From Octopus vulgaris (taxonomy: Eukaryota), in assembly GCA_951406725.2 (NCBI GenBank), contig OX597832.1:64914001-64978000 (forward strand): a stretch of 64,000 nt of DNA, written 5' to 3'. The translations under genes were made by a program, and so were the position numbers. The first letter of the stretch is position 1, and each line of letters opens with the position of its first letter. This document shows positions 40,625-54,129 of this stretch, piece by piece. The notes beneath the pieces were generated by a model. It was not told the origin of the DNA. It worked only from the letters and a program-made list of their open reading frames with translations, and did not search any database.

Positions 40625-41760
40625 AGTCTCTTCTACACTATATCTCTATCACTTTCAGTCCATCCCACGCATTCCCTCTCTCTGTTTCATTCTCACTATA
40701 CCTGTAACTCTCATATTTTCAGTCTCTCCCACAATTTTACTGTTTCAACGTCTCCCTTACTATACCTCCATCTCCCATATTCTCTCTCTCTCTACCACAC
40801 ATTCTTCCTCTCTCTCTTCTACACATTCTCCCCCTCTCTTTCTTCCACTCACTTATACGTGTATCTCGTTCACAGTACTTATCTTATTCTCAGTCTCTCC
40901 CACACATTCACCGTTTACAATCTCTCTCTCACTTTACCTGAATCTCTCATTTTTACAGCCTCCCTCCCACGGATTCTTCCCCCTCTCTCTTTCGTTCTCA
41001 CCATATCTCCACATTTCCCACTTTCAGTCTGTTCTCCGCAATACTTTGTATCTCACATTATCAGTCTCTCTTACACATTCTCGCTCTATGCTGTATCTCC
41101 GTCTAAAATAAACTAACAACCGTTGTTAATTTTCTTAATTTACTGACAAGCCATTCAGAACACACACAAGACGCACTTGACTCATACCATTCCATAGACA
41201 TCCCCATTGGGAACGTATACAGCTTATACGATGATTATATAACAATTTTACAATGAGCCTTCATTTAACTTGTCACATATCTTTCTGACCATCCCCAATG
41301 ATTAACTTTTTAATTAATTACAATACAGAATTGGTAAGCGAATTCTTCAATTGACGCACAATTGAGTTTTAATGAATTGAATATTCGCATACACACAAAT
41401 AAGTATATTAGTGCTAACACGATATCATAAATATAGCGTTTTAGTTATATATATACGTATGTGCGTGTGTGTGTGTGTGTGTATGTGTGTGTATGCGCGC
41501 GACCGAGCGCGTTGGGGATTTCACGGAAATTCTTCAACATTATGATATTCATTCACACACTTTATGTTCTGAATTGATATCCGATCGAAGTGAACTTTGG
41601 CTTGCATCCTTCTCGGATCGATAAAATATTATCAGATCAGAATGTGATTTGAAAGAATTCAGAGCGTTGATTGAATTGTACTGTTTGTGGTCCGTCTCTT
41701 TACTTTCCAGCTCCACCTTCTAAGTAATTGGTGCTAAACCAAATCGGCGTTTACCATCTC

Positions 41761-41920
41761 TCAGGGTGTGCTGAAAAAGTTACTAGCTTTAAGGACGTCA
41801 CAAAGCTTAGGAAAACTGAAAGACTTCTGCAATAAGTGTATGAATTTGAGAGGGGAATATGTTGAATAAAATCATAATTTTCTTTTACCCAAAGCCAGGA
41901 CTTTTCGGCAGTCCTTGTAT
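41761..41920 (+). mobile_element. Mariner-derived MITE, same family as 3318-3530
   Basis: TIRs agggtgtgctgaaaaagttactagcttt / aaagccaggacttttcggcagtccttgta, with an internal CNKCMNLRGEYVE*. Confidence 0.75.
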
Positions 41921-42342
41921 AAAAAATTATTAAAATAAGAAGTCTGTGTGAATTGTGCTCGTATTTTTAATATATTATATCCCTTGCTGTTCAAACACTT
42001 TGCATATTGACAAAGAGAGATGATATGAAAAGATTAGTCTTCAACAATACTTGGCTGAAGGCTCTATATGAGCGCCTGAAGCTATTACAATTATAGCCAA
42101 AGTCCAAAAGTGTGTATATGGGTACACACACATACACACACTTTTAATAACTTCAGTCATTGGACTGCGGACATGATGGAATGTCACCTAGAAGGGTTTT
42201 ACTCGATCACAGATTCTAGTGTTTCCCAAAGTTTAATAATTATCGATTTTTGTTATCGAGCAGCTATTTTGTGGACTCTAAACGCAGAGCAACTTCTTTG
42301 AAGTGATCTCAACTTCTTTGAGACCTGCACCTAACCACAAAT

Positions 42343-42398
<56 letters not shown>

Positions 42399-43195
42399 GG
42401 TGGGCTTTCGCAAATATTTCTACTCTCAAACTCACCCAGTCCCAAAGCTATAGTACAAAACACTAAGATATCGAGCAGTGGGACGAAATCGTAAGGCGCG
42501 TGGTTTCGAAGCTATTGTTCTTAACCACATATTCATAGTTTATATCTGTATGACAAGATATAGATTATGTGCACGCTTCGGGATATTTTCATCATTACTT
42601 GCTGACATAAAAGGATCATTCTCGAGCTTTTCCTCAACAACACCTCTTTACGGCGTTTAATTATGCCATGAAGGTGTGAGAAAATGCATGTTTTCTAAGT
42701 CGAGGATATTATGAGGGGACTGTAAAGAAGAACATGAAAATATGAGAAAATTTAATAAATAACTGATCCATGCTCTGTGTCATTATGGCTGCCATGACGT
42801 CTTTGTTAAGTTTGGAATATTGTCACGTGGGAACATTTACGTGACAAGTTAAAATGTGAGTCTCTGTTGCCGTCGATTTATTGTGTAGAATTAATAGCAA
42901 AATCTACCTTAGATCACAACATGCTGCCTGAAATATTTCGAACTGCAATCTAAATACAGCCCGAGATAAACTGTCTGATTAAAAGGACAGCTGGTGTGTA
43001 TTTGAATGAATGTTATCACAAGCCTACCAGAACAGGAAAGATCATGTACCAAATTACAATACTATAGAAATAGGTGTATGTGTGTGTGTATCTGTGGGTG
43101 GGTGATTACAACTCTAAACATAAGTAAACCAAGCAGATAAACGGATACGTAGGTAAAGCAATAGATGGGCATGTAGAGATGTAGAAGTGGTGTTA

Positions 43196-43235
<40 letters not shown>

Positions 43236-43583
43236 AGCGTGGATTCTAATGGTAAAGATGAAGAGCGTTGGAGGAGAAAGTGCGAAACTCTTGGAGATGT
43301 GTATGCATGTGCAGGAGCTTATTGCAATCATGAAGCGTTAGTTTCGAATCTCCTGTATGCCACCTTGGCAAAAAAATAAAAACAAAAACAAAAAACACTA
43401 ACATTGCTAAAAGTCGGCTTTTGCTTTCTGAGTGAAATAGTTGTGAGGGGAAACTGTGTAATCTCGTTAGTTGGATTCTACCTGCAATACACCCGTGTTG
43501 TCTTGTCATACACAGCAATATTGCTGATTGTGTCTGTCTGGAGTACTCAACCAGTTACACCCGGTATTTCTATTACAATAGGT

Positions 43584-43669
43584 ACTCCTGTTGATCAAAT
43601 ATCTAAATGTTCATCGTTGAAAGTGACTCCTGTTGATCAAATATCTAAATGTTCATCGTTGAAAGTGAC
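43584..43669. repeat. Exact 42-bp tandem duplication
   Basis: actcctgttgatcaaatatctaaatgttcatcgttgaaagtg twice. Confidence 0.97.
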
Positions 43670-44419
43670 GGAGACACAGTTAACTTATATATGTATATAT
43701 CAGAAACAAATAAAGAGTAATGGACCCCAAAACATAGCTGTATTTGTTGTTGGTTACCCCTTCCGAAAGTCCTTTTCGCTTGAACATGCAATTATAATGA
43801 AAAGAATTCCTGCTGTCACCATTCCGTCTTTTGTTAGTGGCAGGGTGTGACTCAGATAACGTTATAAAATGTGTCGCTTTAATTATTTTTTTAGAACAGT
43901 TCGATTCGCGCTGGAATTTTATTGCTATTTCAAATAATTCGAATAGAGTAGCATTTCTTCAGCTTTCTGGAAACAAGTGTATCGCTAGAAATCAACGGTG
44001 GAAATATGGCCGTAAGAGGAACTGTTCAGTTTTGACTCCAGAGGCTCACTAAAATGCTCGTTTCTGTAGCATAGAATGCCGTTAACAAGCGCTGGAATGA
44101 AGATTAGCAAAATTCCCACAAGCTCTCTACAGAAGAATGGTTGAGATAACATTCAATAACTTGTTCGTACATGTTGGACCAAAAATCATGTTCTGCATTC
44201 ATTGTATATGAAATGAATGAACGAAGAACCTCCGAAAGTTTTGAACGTTTGATTTACCACATCGGTCCTGGTTCTATTCTGCTGCAGGACACCTCGGAAC
44301 AATGGCCTTTACTAATGTTTTAGGTTGGCCCAGGCCTTAGGGTAAAATCGGGTTGGCAGAGATTATTAGTAAGTCTGTCTTACGGATTGCATTTGTTCAT
44401 TCGTCAATTTATTCACTTT

Positions 44420-44830
44420 CACCGCTCACTATTCTTGGGAGGATTGTGGGGACTGAGTTTTCAGAAAACTCCCCCATTGGGCCCTATCACACTTACCAGC
44501 TGGATTCCGAAGAGTGACCAACTGAGATCAAGAATATCATGTAGTTATCTTGTTCTTGGTCTAACCTTTGAACTCCTGGTTGGCTCATCGAGAAGAATCT
44601 GTCCTGCGATTCTCTCCTACGACATTCTAATAACGTCTGTGATCTCTCAATGCAGGGGAGTAGTAGCTCAACGTGGAGAAACTCCCTGATGTCCGAGTTG
44701 CGCTTTCTGTCGAGTGATGTTACTCTAGAAATCCTACGTAGGATCTCCATTTCGGTTTTTTGTTTTTGCAATCATACACTTCCAGTCACTATCCGACATT
44801 CCTAACCATAGATGAGGATAGGTACGAGAA
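44420..44830 (-). mobile_element. RTE-clade LINE 3' fragment
   Basis: EMEILRRISRVTSLDRKRNSDIREFLHVELLLPCIERSQ matches the RTE C-terminal EMxxLRRIxGxxxxDRxRxxDIRExLxVEPLLxxIERSQLRW pattern. Confidence 0.8.
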
Positions 44831-45206
44831 CCGAATTTGAAATGACTAGTTTGTATTTGTAATTCTAAAATATCAGTTTTTGAATCTCACTGATTTCATT
44901 AAAGATATATTATTAAAAGTTAGTCATTCCTTTGTACAATCCCTCAATAAAGAGGAGCTAGCTCAGTTAATTCCACAATGGATTACTCATTGTCATATCC
45001 GGCTGTAACAATTTAAGACGAACCAGTGAATACTATTTTCTGTGCCTCATCATCACAACTATCTATGATGTCATTGTTAGCATCTTCATTGCTGTCATGA
45101 ATTTTCGGTTCTTTACCAGCGGTGCATCTTTGCTGATGAGCTGTCAATCGATACATCGTACAAATAATTAGTGGAGATAATGTCCTAAAGCATTGTTTAG
45201 GTATCG

Positions 45207-45390
45207 AAGGCGGCGAGCCGGCAGAATTGTTAGCACGCCGGGCAAAATGCTCTGCGGCATTTGAGTTCAAATTCCGCCGAAGTTGACTTTGCCTTTCATC
45301 CTTTCGTGATTGATAAATTAAGTACCAGATATAATCGACTTGCCCCTTCCCCAAATTTTCAAGCATTGTACCTGTAGTAGAAAGGATTAT
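45207..45390 (+). mobile_element. SINE family B with probable target-site duplication
   Basis: aaggcggcgagccggcaga head. Flanks tttaggtatcga (45196-) and tttagatatcga (45390-) differ by one base. Confidence 0.9.
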
Positions 45391-45567
45391 TTAGATATCG
45401 AAGAGAACATTCAGATCCAGGATTGTTAATAGTTATTGAAGCCTGTGTGGAGATAAGTTCAGGTCTTTGTTGTAAAGTCTTTCCACTTGGGCAATAAGCT
45501 ATATAGGTCGGGTGATGCCGTAACACGGGTGGATCTGTTTAGTGCAGATATATGCAGACATCTTTAT

Positions 45568-45952
45568 ATATTTCTTTATTGCCCACAGGGGGCTAAACAT
45601 AGAGAGGACAAACAAGGACAAAGGTATTAAGTCGATTGCATCGACCCCCCCCCAGTGCGTAACTGGTACTTATATAATCGACCCCGAAAGGATGAAGGAC
45701 AAAGTCGATCTCGGCGGAATTTGAACTCAAAACATAGCGGCAGACGCAATATCTATTTCTTTACTACCTACAAGGAGCTAAATACAGAGAGGAAAAACAA
45801 GGACAAACAAACGGATTAAGTCGATTACATCGACCCCAGTGCGCAACTGATACTTATTTAATCGACCCCGAAAGGATGAAAGGCAAAGTCGACCTCGGCA
45901 GAATTTGAACTCAGAACGTTACCGCGTTAACGTTTCTGCCAGCTCGCCGCCC
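45568..45952 (-). mobile_element. SINE family B dimer
   Basis: Two body units plus a partly deleted head (tctgccagctcgccgcc). Confidence 0.9.
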
Positions 45953-46078
45953 TAAATATCTTTGTAGATAATTTCTGGAAATAAGGTAATTACAACAACG
46001 TGTTTTTCGTGTTCAGTCTCACTGCACGGCACTTTTAGTAAGAGTTTTCTACTGTGGCCCCGGGCTGACCAATACCTT

Positions 46079-46290
46079 ATTCTTTTATTTGTTTCAGTTA
46101 TTTGAGTGCGGCTATGCTGGAGCACCACCTTTAGTCGAAAAAATCGACCACAGAACATATTCTTTGTAAGCCTAGTAATTACTCTATCGGTGTCTTTTGC
46201 TGAACCGCTACGTTACGGACACGTAAGTACATCAACATCGGTTGTCAAGCGATGGTGGTGGGGTACAAACACAGACACACAAATACATAC

Positions 46291-46340
<50 letters not shown>

Positions 46341-46500
46341 ACAGACTTCTTTCAGTTTCCATCTACCAAACCCACTCAAGGCTTTAGTCGGCCCGAGGCT
46401 ATAGCAAAAGACGCTTGCCCAATGTGCCATGCAGTGGAACTGAAGCCGGAACTATGTGGTGGGGAAGCAAGATTTTTACCACACAGCCATTCCTGCGCCC
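46079..46500 (-). mobile_element. Full-length SINE family A
   Basis: Tail, central (TA)n and head (acacagccattcctgcgcc) are all present. Confidence 0.9.
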
Positions 46501-47369
46501 GAATAAATTTGTTTTATGAACACTGTATGAAACATTATGTTATCTATCTACGGTTTAACATTGTACAAAAAATAAAAAATAAAATATATAAATAAATAAA
46601 TAAAAACTCAAAGCAGGCGAGGGAACACCAAACAAGTTGTATTGTTTGACGCTATTCCGGAAAAAGTGGAAGAAATCTTTGATGTTTTAAGCCTAGACTC
46701 TTCTACAGAAAGGAATGAGGAGAGACACAGAGAGTAGGGAAATGTCTGGATTAACGGTTGCACATGTTGAATACGTGTGGGTGTGTATTTGTCACTACCA
46801 TCCCTTGACAACTTGTGTTGGTTTGCTGACGCCCCTGTAATCGAGCGGTTCGGTGAAAGACAAGCGATAAAATAAGTACCAGACTTTACTAAGAAATAAA
46901 CGTATCCGGATGAGATTTTGTTCTATAAAACCCCTTCAAAACGCTACCCTATCTTGGCCACAGACAAATGACTGAAATAAATAAAAGATAGAAGGATAAA
47001 ACAGAATCAACATTCCCTCCTCTCCCCCCAGCCCAGTGTCAAGTAATCACTGCTATGGAATCCCATAATCACTGATCTGCTTTTTGCAGTGCATCTCCCA
47101 ATTCGCAGCCATTTTATAATTCTCCAACAAAGCTAACTTGTCTCGGATTTAGCATTTCTAACTTGTCTTCAGGTAGATGGAGCGAAAACTACGTGTAGTC
47201 TAGTAATTTGTTTAAAAGGTTTAGAGCTGTTAGCTAAATCTATAATAGTAACGACTGTACTAGTAGTATTAGCGATACTGTTACCAAATTTACTAAGCTG
47301 TTACTAATAACTCCGTATCGAGATAGCAAAGTTTTTGGTAGTATTACAATTTATGTAGTTCACTGATAC

Positions 47370-47720
47370 AGTTTAAATTAATTACCCAGCGTTAATTCTG
47401 TTGACCTTGAGGTCATGTGATCAGCTGAATTGTGACTTGCTGCTATTACCGTAATTCACTTTCACAGTGGGTGTGAGCATGCGCACATGTATGTGTGTGT
47501 GAGTCTGTGAGTGTGTGTGCTTTGGTCAAATGACGTGGATTGCGGCTAAGGTAAGGTGCCTTATTTTACTTGCTTCGCTCTCTAAAGGTGAAAAGCAGCA
47601 GCAGCAGCGGCAACTGGTGGTTGACCTTGTCAAAGATTGGCGTCTCATCCGGGTGGTTGGTTCTTGGGGTCTCAAACGATTTTCCACCAGAGAAACAGTT
47701 ATAATTAGCCTTGTAACATT
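47370..47720. promoter_or_regulatory. Candidate enhancer (dense TF-motif cluster in non-repetitive sequence)
   Basis: TGACCTTGA 47402-47410 overlapping AGGTCA; TCATGTGA; CAGCTG; TGACGTGG 47531; a second TGACCTTG 47622; TAATTA sites. Motif evidence only. Confidence 0.3.
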
Positions 47721-47841
47721 GAAACTCACGCCACCTACTTACATACTAGCCCACCACTCTCTCTTTCTCTCACTCATATATGTGTATGTATGTGTGTGTT
47801 CGTGCGTGTGCGTATGTGCGTGTGTGTGTGTTAGTGTGTGT

Positions 47842-48021
47842 AGGTGCAGGCGTGGCAAGAAATTTGTTTCCTAACCACATGGTTCCGGGTTCAGTCTCAC
47901 TGCTCGGAGATTTGTACAAGTTCTTCACCTATAGCCTCAGTCTGACCAAAGCCTTGTGATTGGATCTGGCAGACGGAAACTGAAAGAAGCCTGTCCTATA
48001 TATTATATACACATATATACG

Positions 48022-48059
<38 letters not shown>

Positions 48060-48412
48060 ATGTGTGTGTGTGTGCGTATATGTGTGAGTGCGCGCGTGTG
48101 TGTACGTTTATGCGCGTTCGTGCATGTGTGTGTGCATGTATATGAGTGCGTGGGTGCATGTGCGTTCGTGCATGGGCGTGCGTGTGCATGCAAGCGTGTG
48201 TGTGCGTGTAGGTATGTGCGCATGTATGTATCTGCTCTTTTCTCCACCGTTTTACAACCGCTGTTGGTGTGTTTACGTCCCAATACCAAGTGGTTTGTCA
48301 CAACCTATCGATAAGTTCAAAGCTTTAAAAAATATAAGTACCACTTTCGATTCATTCGACTAAAAATTCTTCAAGGCGGTACCCCAGCATGGCTGCAATC
48401 TAATGACTGAAA

Positions 48413-48413
<1 letters not shown>
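47842..48413 (+). mobile_element. SINE family A with an expanded central TA/TG tract
   Basis: Head, ~230-bp degenerate dinucleotide centre, and tail ccccagcatggctgcaatctaatgactgaaac. Confidence 0.88.
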
Positions 48414-48453
<40 letters not shown>

Positions 48454-48458
48454 TATAT

Positions 48459-48619
48459 CACAAGAGTGGCTGTGTAGTTGGTCGCTTGCTAACCAACCAC
48501 ATGGTTCCAAGTTCAGTCCCACTGCGTGGGACCTTGAGCAAGTGTCTTCTACTATAGCCTCGGGCCAACCAAGGCCTTGTGAGTGGATTTGGTAGACGGA
48601 AACTGAAAGACGCCTGTCG

Positions 48620-48665
<46 letters not shown>

Positions 48666-48878
48666 GTGTGTGCATGTGTGTTTGCGTGACTGTGTTTGTC
48701 CTCCAGCATCTCTTGACAATCGATGCTGGTGTGTTTACGTCCCCGTAACTTAGCAGATCGGCAAACGAGACCGATAGAATAAGTACTAGGTTTACAAAGA
48801 ATAACTCCCGAGATCGAATTGCTCAACTAAAGGCGGTACTCCAACGTGGCCGCAGTCAAATGACAGAAACAAAAGAAT
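48459..48878 (+). mobile_element. Well-preserved full-length SINE family A
   Basis: tRNA-like head, gggaccttgagcaagtgtcttc core, (TA)n(TG)n centre, and tail ggccgcagtcaaatgacagaaac. Confidence 0.92.
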
Positions 48879-48969
48879 ATATATATATATTTTCACGTTT
48901 TATTTACAATCTTATAATTATATAATATAATATAATGAAATGATAGAATATTGAATGTCCAATCTGATG

Positions 48970-49012
48970 GAACTAGTACTTTCATGCATTAAGCTATGCA
49001 ATCTTAAGGTTC
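48970..49012 (-). ncRNA. Compact minimal hammerhead with one core substitution
   Basis: Minus strand reads gaac CTTAAGA t tgcat agctta atgca t GAAA G TA CTA gttc. Stems I and II pair, stem III is the palindrome AGTACT, and core G5 reads T. Confidence 0.55.
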
Positions 49013-50689
49013 ATGTAGTAGTGTTGACAGTTATATTTTACAATTTACAACTATATTGAGATGACTAACCTGTGTGCCTTAAATACATTTGTATAGACTC
49101 CAGAATGCATACTGAATTTTGTCTCCAACATGCGGTCGGAGAATATTTATATTCCCATTCTACAAGCTATAAAGTCCAAGTGAAATTGAGAGAAATATTA
49201 GAGAAAGGAACTTTATTAATATTAGAGAAAGGAACTTTATTAATTCCAAACCAAGCTAAATAAGCAATAATACTAATACTTAGAGGTACTATTTCTACTG
49301 CTACGACTAATTACAACAATACTAAAAGTGCTCTTGATGATGACAGCAGGAAAATACTAGCTAAGTCAAGAGAAAAGTCAATAAAAATAATGTTAGGCTG
49401 GGGTTCTATTACTACAGCCATTCCTACCACAACCACCACCACCACCACAACAACAACAATCAAGGAGATGACAATGGTGATGATTAAACGTAAAAATCAC
49501 TGGGAAATGTTTAGAACATTTCTAAAAATAGTCCAACAATCACTGCTTTGTCCAGTGGCAACATACAGGTCCCTTCACATGTTCAGCAAACCGTGACGCG
49601 TAAACCAAACACCAATCAACTTAGGTAATTAGAAAAAGCCACACACCAACTGGTCAGAATACAGTTTGCATGAAAGTACTAGTTCAATTAGAATGGACAT
49701 TGACGGAAAATGAGAGAAACCCGTCGTGCGTGTGTGTGTATGTAATATATATATATATATTTATGAGTTAAGGAATGGAGTAGATAAGATCCGGGCTACA
49801 TAAGATCCGAGCGGAACCTCGGAAGTTGTAAATATTCAAGCGGGGAGTATACCGCAGGCTACTCGTCAGGCCAAAGTATCTCGATTAAATGAACTTTATA
49901 TTGTCGGAAAATTCAACGAGAATGTATAGAAAGCACATATTAGAGTGGAGAATGTAAATGTGAAGAGAAATTAGGAATATAAAAAAATATAAGAAAAAAT
50001 AGAAAAGAAATAAAAGGATAAAAACATTTGTAGATAAGTATTAGACTGATATTATAGGGCCCAATCCTCCCTTTTTACTGCTAAAAAAGAAACATCCAGT
50101 TTAACAGCACCTTCCTTGGTGTCGGTTGCTTTTCATTTTGTGGACCTCGTTCAGAATAGATCACAAGATATCTCCTTCCTCTTCACTAAACGAGCACCTC
50201 AAAGATGAAGGCAACTGCCAGTCTATCTTTGAATAAAGCATTACAATAAAAACGTAGTGTGCAAAAATGGTAGTCTATGGTTCTCAACTGGCAAATGGTC
50301 GTGGCCAGTTGGATATAAAAATTACGTGAGGTCAGGTTAACTGCAGTGAAGTCCTGCCAAAATGACATCTGTCAAATGTTAATAGTCTAGAGCAGAGAAA
50401 ATGGGTTGGCGTTTGTGACTGTGTTAGAGCGCGATGCATTAGGCACAATTCGCTCACACACTGGATTTATGGGCCTACACATAATGTTCACATTGGTAGA
50501 AGTATATGTAAGTGGATGTATATATACACACAAATGCATACACATGTGTATACGTTTGTATGTAAACGCAAGAAAAATTATAAAACCAGATAATAAAAGC
50601 AATAGTGCAGCCACCACCGAATAATAAAAATATATATAGACCCACACATTTATATATGTAATGTGTATGTGTGTATGTATATATATATA

Positions 50690-50958
50690 TATATATATCA
50701 CATATCTATTATATACATATACATATATATATATATATATATCTATTACGCATATCTATTATACACACACATATATATATATATATATATTACAAATATC
50801 TATTATATACATATATATATATCTATTACACATATCTATTATATACATATATATATATATCTATTACACATATCTATTATATACATATATATATATATAT
50901 ATATTACACATATCTATTATATACATATATATATATATCTATTACACATATCTATTAT

Positions 50959-50992
<34 letters not shown>

Positions 50993-51042
50993 TACACATA
51001 TCTATTATATACATACAGATATATATATCTATTACACATATC

Positions 51043-51050
<8 letters not shown>
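50690..51050. repeat. Minisatellite of CTATTACACATATCTATTATATACA(TA)n units
   Basis: Repeated attacacatatctattatat motif separated by variable (TA)n. Confidence 0.92.
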
Positions 51051-51095
<45 letters not shown>

Positions 51096-51769
51096 AATAT
51101 ACATACAAAAATCCGTACATGCTTACATACATATGTATATATATATATATATACATACATACATACATACATACATACTCACATACTTGCTTATATGCGC
51201 ATACGTTAGCAGAACTATGTACATTCATTCGTATTTAGGTATACACGTCAAATATTCGCACATGCTCACATCCATTACACACAAGCATATATACATACAC
51301 CCGCGCACATACACAACTACGTATTGAATACATTATAGAAAAGCATATAAAATCTATGTAGTTCCCAATCTCTGCAAAGCGATACGCGTGCTGTGCGCAG
51401 TCTTACATAGCTCTGTTATAATAATGCATATTAAGCGTCCATCTATGTCGATGTATGTTGTGCCTAAGTATAAAGAGAGTAGTCACCTGACAAACCTTGG
51501 ACACCTCGGATCAACAAACTAACCACAATGACACTTTGTAGTGGATATTGATTTTCTATGAAACACAAATGATGGACAGTTAAACACAGTGTAACAACGT
51601 TCACATACATATAATGTATACACACACGCACATAATATACACATCTCTATAAATCAGTATACATTTATGTACACGTATAGTAATTTGTGTAGATATACAT
51701 ACATATGAATATACTGACGTGTATGTATATTCTGTATATATACACTTCCCTCTTTCTCTCATATATATG

Positions 51770-51849
<80 letters not shown>

Positions 51850-52838
51850 CACGTATTCACAAACACACGCATACATCTGTACGCATACATATACATGCAT
51901 GAAAATTTGTATAGATATTCATACAGGTGTGTGTGTGTATGTATATACATAAATATACACACATTTTCATGTAAATGTTAATGTACATATATATGTAAGT
52001 TTATCAACATGTGTATGTGCTTATTCATATGCATTTATTTATAAGTATGTATACGGATATAACGATGTGTGTGCATGTTTATCTATGTAGGCATGCAAAA
52101 TGTAAATGTGTGCGTGTGTTTGTGAGAGAGTGAGTGTAAACATGAATTTTTGTATTCATGTATGATTTGAAACTATATGTGCGTTCTCACAGACAAGCTT
52201 ACAAAACAACATACAAAACTTAATATAAAGAAATGAATATTTATGATAGTTTGGCACGGTCCCGTACTTAACAGCTGCTCATTGGATGCCTTTGACAGAA
52301 CCCATTGTGTTGCAAATATTAGTCCAATTTCTGTTTGAAGATATCTTCAACTTTTCCTCTCACTAGCCTAGGAACCAATGTAAAAAAATATTGAGTCTTC
52401 CTTCGATTAAGAAGTTGGTGGTGGTAGTGGTGGGTCTAAGGTAGACACTGATAATATTCTAGACTCAGACTGAATCCAGAATTACGCTTTCAATTCAACT
52501 GAATCAACGACAGCATCTACAGCAGTGGGTTCTCAACCAGGTGTCATATAAGATTTGCGGGCCCATATAAGATTTTGCTGTTAAAGCTTATGTGCATTCA
52601 GTTGGTTTTACTTCTGTAATACACAATTTACTTTTGCAGTATTTGATACAATCCCCTGCGGTCCCAAGAATATTTTGAAGGGCAGTGCCCCAGCATGGTC
52701 CCAACTTTTGGCTGAAACAACCAGTAAACGAGTAAATTCTTAATATTTAATTATACATAGAGAGATAGATAAGAAAAATAAGAAAATAGAGATACATCAA
52801 TTAACATGTATATTTATTAATTGCAAAAACAATCATGA

Positions 52839-52923
52839 TCTCTAATAGCTGTTTCGATTCATACTTTAAAGATTATAATTGTAATAATCAAATCATTTTA
52901 TAAAGCAGAATCTCATCAGAGGC
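52839..52923 (-). ncRNA. Decayed minimal hammerhead in a PLE-like fragment
   Basis: Minus strand reads ct CTGATGA gattctgcttta...taaagtatgaatc GAAAC AGCT ATT ag. Core and stem II are intact, but the cleavage triplet and stem I are damaged. Confidence 0.55.
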
Positions 52924-52994
52924 AGAAAAAAAGATATACCAGTAATTCGTTAGTTACTATGTATACGGAACATTACAGCAAACGGAGTATTGTT

Positions 52995-53319
52995 ATTCTT
53001 TCATTCTATTATTTGTTACAGCCATTTGACTGCGGCCATGCTGGAGTACCGTCTTAAATCGAGCATTCAAACCCCAGGACTTATTCCTTGTAAGCCTAGT
53101 ACTTATTCTATCGGTCTCATTTGCCTAACAGCTAAGTGACGTAAATACATCAGCATCGATTGTCAAGCAATGCTGGTGGGACAAACACAGACACATAAAC
53201 ATATACATACATGTATGTGTGTATATATATATAAATATATATATATATACGACGATCTTATATATATATATATTGGATATATGTTATCCCATGGAGGGTT
53301 GAATTTACAACCCCTATCT

Positions 53320-53383
<64 letters not shown>

Positions 53384-53538
53384 GACGATCTTCATTCAGT
53401 TTCCGTCTACCAAATCCACTCAAGGCTTTGGTCGGCTCGAGGTTATAGTAGAAGACACCTGCCCAAGGTGCCACGCAGTAGGACTGAACACACTAGTTGG
53501 TAAGTAAGGTACTTACCACACAGCCACTCCTGCGCCTA
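52995..53538 (-). mobile_element. Full-length SINE family A with a short insert in its (TA)n centre
   Basis: Head acacagccactcctgcgcct and tail ccatttgactgcggccatgctggag, with a ~50-bp non-TA insert at ~53273-53325. Confidence 0.9.
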
Positions 53539-54129
53539 TGGATAAGTTTGGTAGAAAAACTATTAAGGGGGTCATAGGGTGTATATTTAATGGGAAAGTA
53601 TATATTAATATACTTTAGATAATAGTTAACTGAACTATGAATTAAGTCCTTCGCTCAAGGATTTGAAACCTGGCAAAATTTGTACTTAGAAGGCAAAAAA
53701 AACAGAACAAATACTTCACTAGAGTGGTACTTATTGGTTTCAGGATGAGGAAAAAGAAAATTGATCTTAACAGTACTTGAACCCGGAATGAAAGGAGCTG
53801 AATAAATACCACAATGCATTGCGTTCCGATAATACTTCGCGAAAAGCATTCGATTGAAGGAAGGGAAGTGGAAGAGCATTCATAACACACACACGCACGC
53901 ACGCATGTGCACATTATGTATGAGTGTGTTAATAAGCATCCATTAACCTAAAGATTATGACTACATCTATGCTGGGAAAATCTTGTATTGGTATTGTTTG
54001 AAGAGTATCTGCTATAACAATATAGAGACACATGCAAGTGGGAGCAGCGGCAGCAGGGAGTGCATATTGAGTTACTGTCCGCTTGTCATGTCCTGGGTTT
54101 CTTAATCTCTTAGTCTTGCTTTCACTTCA

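Noticed and set aside
43690-44230. Faint minus-strand similarity to a non-LTR reverse transcriptase; ORF 43404-43850
   Set aside because: The motifs are too degraded to assign by eye, and the ORF has a non-ATG start with no recognisable domain.
47546-47565. GTGCCTTA / TAAGGCAC resembling the miR-124 seed
   Set aside because: Only 8 nt match; the mature sequence and precursor hairpin are absent.
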